From an uncultured Gammaproteobacteria bacterium (GTDB lineage: Bacteria; Patescibacteriota; Microgenomatia; Daviesbacterales; UBA10151), in NCBI GenBank assembly GCA_964390595.1, contig CAYMIA010000002.1, positions 27,686 to 91,685 of the forward strand: a stretch of DNA of 64,000 nt, in the 5' to 3' direction. The notes beneath the pieces are model-generated. The model did no database searches, had not been told where the DNA came from, and saw only the letters and a list, made by a program, of their open reading frames with translations. The position numbers and the translations under genes were made by a program. This document shows positions 57,823-64,000 of this stretch, one piece after another; positions within the stretch are counted from its first letter, which is position 1; every line of letters begins with the position of its first letter.

Positions 57823-59385
57823 ATGACAATAATTTCTAGGCGGAACTTTAAAACATCAGCAATTTTTGTTCTGATTATTGTTGCTTACTTTATTGCAGCC
57901 AAGCTTGGTCTTAAGCTAGCTTTTGTCAATGCCAGCGCCACCGCTGTTTGGCCTCCAACAGGTATAGCGATAGCTGCCCTATTAATCTATGGCTTGAAAT
58001 TTTGGCCAGCTGTTTTTATTGGGGCATTTTTAGCAAATATCACTACAGCAGGTAATATTGCTACTTCCCTTGGGATCGCTACAGGTAATAGTTTAGAAGG
58101 ATTAATTGGCGCATTTTTAGTAGCCAGATTTGCTGGCGGCAGATTAGCTTTTAATAAACCAGAAAATATCTTCCGGTTTACTCTGCTTGCTGGACTCGCT
58201 AGTCCAATCATTAGCGCCACAATTGGAGTTACTAGTTTATATTTAGGAGGTTTGGCTAAACAAGCAGATCTTCTTCCCATTTGGGGAACTTGGTGGCTAG
58301 GGGATGCCAGTGGTGCTTTAATTATAGCGCCATTATTCCTAATTTGGAGCAATCAATATCAAGTGACTTTGAGCCTAAGAAAAGTATTTGAAAGAGCTTC
58401 ATTACTCTTGATTTTACTACTTGTGAGTTGGATTATCTTTGGTCAAACCAATAATTATCCCATTGATTTTATTATTTTTCCCATCTTACTTTGGGTCGCC
58501 TTTAGATTTGGCTTAAGGGAGATAGTTACTGCCACCACCATTCTATCCGCTTTTGCCATTTGGGGGACATTGTCAAACCGGGGACCGTTCGCCAGGCCCT
58601 CTCAAAATGAATCGCTACTACTTTTGCAAGCCTTTATGGCAGTTGTCACGATCACCAAAGCGATCGTTGCCGCAGTAGTTGCAAAGAGCAAAGAGCTCGA
58701 TGCCCTTAAGGATGAATTTGTATCCATGGCATCTCATGAACTTCGCACCCCAATGGCGGCCATCAGCGGTTTAGTCAGTATGATTCTGTTAGAAAAGTAT
58801 GGACCGATAAGAGCAGAGCTAAAAAGACCTTTGGGGATGATTAATAGCTCAACCGACAGACTGCTCAAATTAACCAGTGATTTACTTGATGCCTCTAAAA
58901 TTGAATCAAAAATAGTCAGATTGAATCTAGTGAAAATTGATCTTTCCCAAATTATCACTGAAGTAGTCAATGAATTGCAACCCATCGCTGATCAAAAAAA
59001 AGTTAGTTTAAAAATTGCTGATTTAAGTAATCAGCCAGCTATAGCTGATCCAGATAAAGTCAGACAAATCCTCCATAATTTAATTGGTAACGCCTTAAAG
59101 TTTACTAAGCAGGGTAGCATTACAGTTTCCTCCAAAGTAAATTCCAGACACTTAATAGTTTTAGTCAAGGATACTGGAACAGGAATTGCCAAAGAAAATC
59201 AGGTGAAGATCTTTAGCAAATTTCAACAACTACACAACAACTTTTCTAATAAGCCAGCTGGAACTGGGCTTGGCCTTTATATCTCTCAAGAATTAGTTAA
59301 AGACATGAAAGGGAAGCTCTGGCTGGAATATAGTAAAGTTGACGAAGGCAGCGTATTTGCCTTCTCCTTACCCTTGCCAAGATGA
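57823..59385 (+). CDS. MASE1-domain histidine kinase
   Basis: VWPPTGIA, WWLGDA, ASHELRTP, NALKF, GTGLGL. Confidence 0.95.
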   Translation: MTIISRRNFKTSAIFVLIIVAYFIAAKLGLKLAFVNASATAVWPPTGIAIAALLIYGLKFWPAVFIGAFLANITTAGNIATSLGIATGNSLEGLIGAFLVARFAGGRLAFNKPENIFRFTLLAGLASPIISATIGVTSLYLGGLAKQADLLPIWGTWWLGDASGALIIAPLFLIWSNQYQVTLSLRKVFERASLLLILLLVSWIIFGQTNNYPIDFIIFPILLWVAFRFGLREIVTATTILSAFAIWGTLSNRGPFARPSQNESLLLLQAFMAVVTITKAIVAAVVAKSKELDALKDEFVSMASHELRTPMAAISGLVSMILLEKYGPIRAELKRPLGMINSSTDRLLKLTSDLLDASKIESKIVRLNLVKIDLSQIITEVVNELQPIADQKKVSLKIADLSNQPAIADPDKVRQILHNLIGNALKFTKQGSITVSSKVNSRHLIVLVKDTGTGIAKENQVKIFSKFQQLHNNFSNKPAGTGLGLYISQELVKDMKGKLWLEYSKVDEGSVFAFSLPLPR

Positions 59386-59400
59386 TGTATTATATTATAT

Positions 59401-59787
59401 ATGAGAGTTCTGCTAATCGAAGATGATCCAATCTTCCAACAGATATATAAAGATGAATTTAAAAGTTCAGATTTAGAGTTAATCATTGCCAATGATGGCA
59501 AGGTTGGGATTATTGATGCAGCCAAAGAGCGCCCAGACTTCATCTTATTAGACATAATGATGGGCGACATGGATGGTGTGACTACATTTAAACATCTCCA
59601 AGAGATGCCTGAGACTTCCCATATCCCAGTTGCCTTTTTAACAGTTGTTCCTGAAGGCGTTCCGCAGTCCCTAAACAAAGATCCAAAAATATTAGAAGGG
59701 GCAGTTGGTTACTGGAGCAAAGATAAATTTACTCCCAAAGAAATTGCTGAAAAAATCACCGCCTTTCTCTCCGCGCACCCAAGTTAA
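59401..59787 (+). CDS. Single-domain response regulator
   Basis: VLLIEDD, LLDIMM, LT, K. Confidence 0.9.
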   Translation: MRVLLIEDDPIFQQIYKDEFKSSDLELIIANDGKVGIIDAAKERPDFILLDIMMGDMDGVTTFKHLQEMPETSHIPVAFLTVVPEGVPQSLNKDPKILEGAVGYWSKDKFTPKEIAEKITAFLSAHPS

Positions 59788-60158
59788 CTATTCTCCTCCT
59801 GAGCTTTTCTAATTGCTTCCTCGCTCATCCCAAAGTAATGACCAATTTCATGCAGAACGGTCTTTTTAATCTGGGCTTTAGCACCATCTAAATTTTGAGA
59901 AAATCTCAAAATTGGTCCAGCAAAAATAGTGATTTTATCAGGCAAAACCCCAGTGTAGTTACCACCTCTTTTAGTTTTAGGAATTCCTCTATATAAGCCA
60001 AATAAAGTCACCCCAGGGTGATCAAAGATCGATTTCAAATCTTCCTCTGTTGGCCAAATCTCTACCAAAATCTGGACATTATCCAACTCTTTTTTAAACT
60101 CTTCAGGCAAACTCCCGACACTCTCATCCACAATTTTTTCAAATTCATCCAGGTCCAT
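59784..60158 (-). CDS. Zincin-like metallopeptidase (DUF1025/Zincin_1)
   Basis: LFGLYRG, PDKITIF, HEIGHYFG. Confidence 0.9.
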   Translation of the reverse strand: MDLDEFEKIVDESVGSLPEEFKKELDNVQILVEIWPTEEDLKSIFDHPGVTLFGLYRGIPKTKRGGNYTGVLPDKITIFAGPILRFSQNLDGAKAQIKKTVLHEIGHYFGMSEEAIRKAQEENS

Positions 60159-60273
60159 TTGGCAATTATACACCTAGACTGCTAATAAATCCTAGGCTTA
60201 GATATCTTAGTCTCTTACTTGTTTCTTTAATGTTTCTGAACTTTCTATAAAGTATTTGGTTGATAATACTCAT

Positions 60274-60576
60274 ATGACAATGACAGCTAATACCTGGATA
60301 GCATTGATAATTGGGATAATCACAGTAGTTGCCATAACAGTGTTTGCCATCGCCAGAAACAATCAAAATAATCCTGGTTCTGGATTTACCCCAGGAGTTG
60401 GTGGTGGACCTGGCACTACAATCAGCACACCTTCACCATCTGAAAGTCCTTTAATGTCAGTTTCTCCAACACCCAGTCCAACTGAAAATCCCACGCCCAC
60501 TGCCACCTCGTCTCCAGCCACTAATCTTTACTCAACTCCCAGCCCTTCTCCAATGAATCCAGAATCTCCTATATAG
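60274..60576 (+). CDS. Membrane-anchored Pro/Thr/Ser-rich protein
   Basis: N-terminal TM segment followed by a PT-rich tail. Confidence 0.65.
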   Translation: MTMTANTWIALIIGIITVVAITVFAIARNNQNNPGSGFTPGVGGGPGTTISTPSPSESPLMSVSPTPSPTENPTPTATSSPATNLYSTPSPSPMNPESPI

Positions 60577-60654
60577 TGTAGGTCTTCTGACGGGACAAGT
60601 CCTGACATTTTTCCAGTCTTTACCAGCTAACCATTTTTTAGTTATAATCATAAA

Positions 60655-61848
60655 ATGCTCAAAACGTTCCAGCAAAACCGCAGCCTCTTCATTATCGCCT
60701 TAATTGCACTAGTTAACATGCTAGGGTATGGGATTATTATTCCTATTCTGTATGCTTATTCTAAGAAGTTTGGCTTATCTGATTTTGAGAATGGACTGCT
60801 TTTTGCTTCATTTTCAGTCTGTCAATTTATCTCCACTCCAATCATCGGTAGGTTATCAGATAAATATGGCAGGAGGCCAATGTTGCTAATTTCAATTATT
60901 GGTACAGCCATCTCCTTTTTTATGATGGCTTTCGCGCCAAGCGCTATCTTTCTTTTAATTGCCCGTTGTCTTGATGGGCTAACTGCAGGTAATATCCCAG
61001 TTGCTTTTGCTGTTATCTCAGATTCAACTAAACCTGAGGAGCGCCCCAAAGCCTTTGGATTAATTGGTTCAGCCTTTAGCTTTGGGTTTGTTTTTGGTCC
61101 AGCCATATCTGCTTTTACAGTGGGTTTGGGTCAAGGAATCCCTTTTATGATCGCTGGTCTGATTACAGTTGTGGCTGTTGTTCTAACCGCTCTTTATCTG
61201 CCAGAAACCAATCAACATATGGGTGAGGTTAAAGGTGGCAAGCTCTTTGATTTTCCCAAGCTTTGGCACACTTTATTTGATCCCAATGTGGGGATGACTT
61301 TTATTATTTCACTTCTGTATTTCCTGGCCTTTGCTTGTGCCATTATCTATGGATTCCAGCCCTTTACTATTAAAATTTTGCATCTCATGCCAGCCCAAAA
61401 TGCCATTTTGTTCACTCTATTTGGAGCTGTTGGACTAATCTCTCAGACATTTTTAGTCCACCGCCTTTCCAAATTTTTAGGAATCAAAAAAACCTTCTCA
61501 ACTGGTTTAATCTTTACTGGGCTATCATTTTTGATCATGTTTCTTTCCAGATCAGTTGTTTTTTTTGTTTTAGCCTCTATCATTCTGGCGATGTTCAACA
61601 GCATCGCTCAAACTCTGATTCCAGCTATTCTTTCTCAGGAAGCTGACCCTAAGTCCCAGGGTTCAATTATGGGTCTTAACTCTTCCTATCAAAGTATCGG
61701 TATGATTTTGGGTCCCATTTTAGGTGGAGTTTTTGCCACAATCTCCATTCCTTTTCCTTTTTTAGTGGGCAGTGCCTTAATGGTTCTTTGCTTCTACCTT
61801 TCCTTCAAAGTGCTGCGCCCAGGCCTCAAACCCGAATCAGCTTTTTAA
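60655..61848 (+). CDS. MFS transporter (TetA/DHA1-like)
   Basis: GRLSDKYGRRP motif A, GFVFGP, about 12 TM segments. Confidence 0.93.
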   Translation: MLKTFQQNRSLFIIALIALVNMLGYGIIIPILYAYSKKFGLSDFENGLLFASFSVCQFISTPIIGRLSDKYGRRPMLLISIIGTAISFFMMAFAPSAIFLLIARCLDGLTAGNIPVAFAVISDSTKPEERPKAFGLIGSAFSFGFVFGPAISAFTVGLGQGIPFMIAGLITVVAVVLTALYLPETNQHMGEVKGGKLFDFPKLWHTLFDPNVGMTFIISLLYFLAFACAIIYGFQPFTIKILHLMPAQNAILFTLFGAVGLISQTFLVHRLSKFLGIKKTFSTGLIFTGLSFLIMFLSRSVVFFVLASIILAMFNSIAQTLIPAILSQEADPKSQGSIMGLNSSYQSIGMILGPILGGVFATISIPFPFLVGSALMVLCFYLSFKVLRPGLKPESAF

Positions 61849-61906
61849 ATTGACAAAACCGAAACAGCAATTTACTTCAGCTCGAAGATGAGTTAATCTT
61901 AGACTA

Positions 61907-62863
61907 ATGAAAATTGCATTTTTTGGACTTAATGGAAAAGAAAAAGAGACTAATTATTCAAATTCGCTAACTGGTTATGAAGTTACTTTCTTTGATCAGG
62001 ATTTAAACGAGGAAAATATCCCGGAAGATGTAAGCGCCGATATCATCTCGGTCTTTGTCCGATCTAAAATAACTAGCCAAGTAATTGATGCTTTTCCTAA
62101 TCTAAAAATGATCGCTCTTAGATCAACTGGCTTTGACAACGTCGATATCAAACATGCCCAGAAAAAAAATATAGTAGTTTCCAATGTCCCTGACTATGGC
62201 TCGCATACAGTCGCCGAATTCACTTTTGGGCTGATACTATCTTTATCCAGAAAAATTCCAGAGGCCATTGAAAAAGTAAAAGTAGGCAGACAATTTAACT
62301 CCGAAGGTCTCAAAGGTTTTGACTTGTTCGGCAAAACTCTGGGTGTGATCGGAACAGGGAAAATAGGAATGAATGTAATTAAAATAGCCAAAGGCTTTGG
62401 TCTGAATGTTTTAGCTGTTGATACCTATCCAAAGGAGGAATTAGCTAGCAGTCTAGGTTTTGAATATGTCGACTTAGAGCAACTTCTGAAAGAGTCTGAT
62501 ATTGTCACTATTCATGTCCCTTCTACCAATCAAACCCGCCACCTCATCAATCAAGAAAACATCTCTGCATCAAAAAAAGGAGCTATCATCATAAATACCG
62601 CCCGGGGGGATGTGGTGGAAACAAGTGCTTTAAGTCGAGCCATCTCGGAGGGGTCTTTAGCCGGAGCGGGTTTAGATGTTCTTGAGGACGAAACAAATTT
62701 ATCCAATGATCCCGCCACAATGGAGTTGATGGAAAATCCCAATGTCTACATTACACCCCACACCGCTTTTAATACCAATGAGGCCGAAGAGGCTATTTTG
62801 CAAGCAACAGTGGATAATATTAAAGGATATATCGGGGGTTCACCCAAGAACTTAGTCAAATAA
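61907..62863 (+). CDS. D-2-hydroxyacid dehydrogenase (D-lactate/glycerate DH family)
   Basis: RSTGFDNVD, GVIGTGKIG, INTARG, LDVLE, TPHTAF. Confidence 0.93.
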   Translation: MKIAFFGLNGKEKETNYSNSLTGYEVTFFDQDLNEENIPEDVSADIISVFVRSKITSQVIDAFPNLKMIALRSTGFDNVDIKHAQKKNIVVSNVPDYGSHTVAEFTFGLILSLSRKIPEAIEKVKVGRQFNSEGLKGFDLFGKTLGVIGTGKIGMNVIKIAKGFGLNVLAVDTYPKEELASSLGFEYVDLEQLLKESDIVTIHVPSTNQTRHLINQENISASKKGAIIINTARGDVVETSALSRAISEGSLAGAGLDVLEDETNLSNDPATMELMENPNVYITPHTAFNTNEAEEAILQATVDNIKGYIGGSPKNLVK

Positions 62864-62867
62864 ATTT

Positions 62868-63497
62868 ATGGCTTATTTAATTTTAGTCCGGCATGGTTTA
62901 ACAAATTGGAATCAAGAGGGGCGTTGGCATGGCCTGACCGACATTCCGTTGAACGAAGAGGGGAAGGCTCAAGCCAGGCAGGCAGCTCAGGCGATCAAAG
63001 ATTTAAAAATAGATACTGCCTATACCTCTGAACTTTCCCGGACTAAGCAAACCTACCAAGAAATCTGCAACAGCTTAAGTCTAAGCTGCCCGATCGTTCA
63101 TGATAAAGCTCTAAATGAGCGTGATTATGGTATGTTTACTGGAAAAAATAAATGGGATGTTGAGGCCAGTTTGGGTGAAAAAGAATTTCAAAAAATGCGC
63201 CGTGATTTTAACGCTCCTATCCCAGGAGGGGAGAGTCTGAAGGATGTTTATGGCCGGGTAGTTCCTTTTTATCAAGATCAAATTATGAAAGATCTAAAAA
63301 TGGGCAAAAATGTTTTAGTGGTCTCTTCAGGAAATACCTTGAGAGCGCTCATTAAATATATTGACAATATCTCAGATAAAGATATCTCTAAATTTGAACT
63401 TAACTTTGGAGAGATTAGAATTTTTCAATTTGATCAGGTCGGCAATATTATCAACCGGGAAACCAGGGCAGAAGATTTATATCAAAGAAAGCATTAA
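62868..63497 (+). CDS. gpmA: 2,3-BPG-dependent phosphoglycerate mutase
   Basis: LVRHG, LNERDYG, GESLKD, GNTLRAL; directly before eno. Confidence 0.88.
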   Translation: MAYLILVRHGLTNWNQEGRWHGLTDIPLNEEGKAQARQAAQAIKDLKIDTAYTSELSRTKQTYQEICNSLSLSCPIVHDKALNERDYGMFTGKNKWDVEASLGEKEFQKMRRDFNAPIPGGESLKDVYGRVVPFYQDQIMKDLKMGKNVLVVSSGNTLRALIKYIDNISDKDISKFELNFGEIRIFQFDQVGNIINRETRAEDLYQRKH

Positions 63498-64000
63498 TGA
63501 AAATTAGTAAAATCTCCGCCAGACAAATATTAGATTCCAGGGGAATCCCTACGGTCGAAGTAGATGTCACCCTGGATGATAAAACCACAGCAAGGGCGGC
63601 TGTTCCTTCTGGCGCTTCAACTGGTTCCCATGAAGCAGTTGAGCTACGCGATAGTGACAAAGATTTATTTGATGGTAAGTCTGTTTTAAAAGCCGTTAAA
63701 AATGTTAATCAAGATATCTCTAAAGCTTTAGTTGGGCGGGAGGCTGAAAATCAAACTGAGATCGATCAGATCATGATTAACTTAGATGGAACTGACAATA
63801 AAAGTAAACTGGGAGCAAATGCCACTTTGGGAGTATCAATGGCTGTTTGCAGAGCCGCCGCCCTTTCTCAAAATATGCCCCTCTATTCGTATATTGGTCA
63901 GTTAGCAGGAAACAGTCAATTTCAAATTCCTAGGCCAATGATTCTTTTATTAGAGGGGGGGAAACATGGCAACTGGTCAACGGACCTGCAGGAGTTTATG
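63497..64000 (+). CDS. eno: Enolase (5' part, truncated by the window edge)
   Basis: [22 protein letters not shown]...[17 protein letters not shown]...LGANA. Confidence 0.97.
   Translation, partial: MKISKISARQILDSRGIPTVEVDVTLDDKTTARAAVPSGASTGSHEAVELRDSDKDLFDGKSVLKAVKNVNQDISKALVGREAENQTEIDQIMINLDGTDNKSKLGANATLGVSMAVCRAAALSQNMPLYSYIGQLAGNSQFQIPRPMILLLEGGKHGNWSTDLQEFM

Noticed and set aside
391-63660. Numerous short antisense or nested ORFs in the track (e.g. 391-588, 11060-11314, 20996-21355, 28000-28470, 57987-58352, 63451-63660)
   Set aside because: They are shadows of well-supported genes on the other strand or frame and carry no motifs of their own.

Overview
A 64-kb, AT-rich bacterial chromosome segment. 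Its gene content suggests a Patescibacteria/CPR (Microgenomates-like) organism; this is an inference from rpsB-tsf-frr without pyrH, a short EF-Ts, a trigger factor lacking most of its PPIase domain, an archaeal/eukaryote-type ProRS and many orphan ORFs. Housekeeping genes include topA, rpsB, tsf, frr, rseP, proS, tig, rpsU, ybeY, dnaX, glyA, folD, recR, cysS, rarA, uppP, tldD/pmbA, dus, a DEAD-box helicase, gpmA and the start of eno. Highlights: (1) a compact T-box riboswitch upstream of proS, with an ultra-short kink-turn stem I carrying a Pro codon in its terminal loop and an orphan ORF between it and proS; (2) a four-helix-bundle gene bracketed by inverted heptamer arrays, a gene-less copy of the same arrays elsewhere, and heptamer tracts in-frame inside topA; (3) two REP-associated tyrosine transposases, each with its own flanking palindrome; (4) a secreted FN3 + Hint (intein-like) protein; (5) a nucleotidyltransferase / dCMP deaminase / HIT / thyA / folA / dcd cluster; (6) many apparently leaderless promoters. 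I saw no rRNA, tRNA or CRISPR array. All family assignments come from motif recognition by eye, not database searches.
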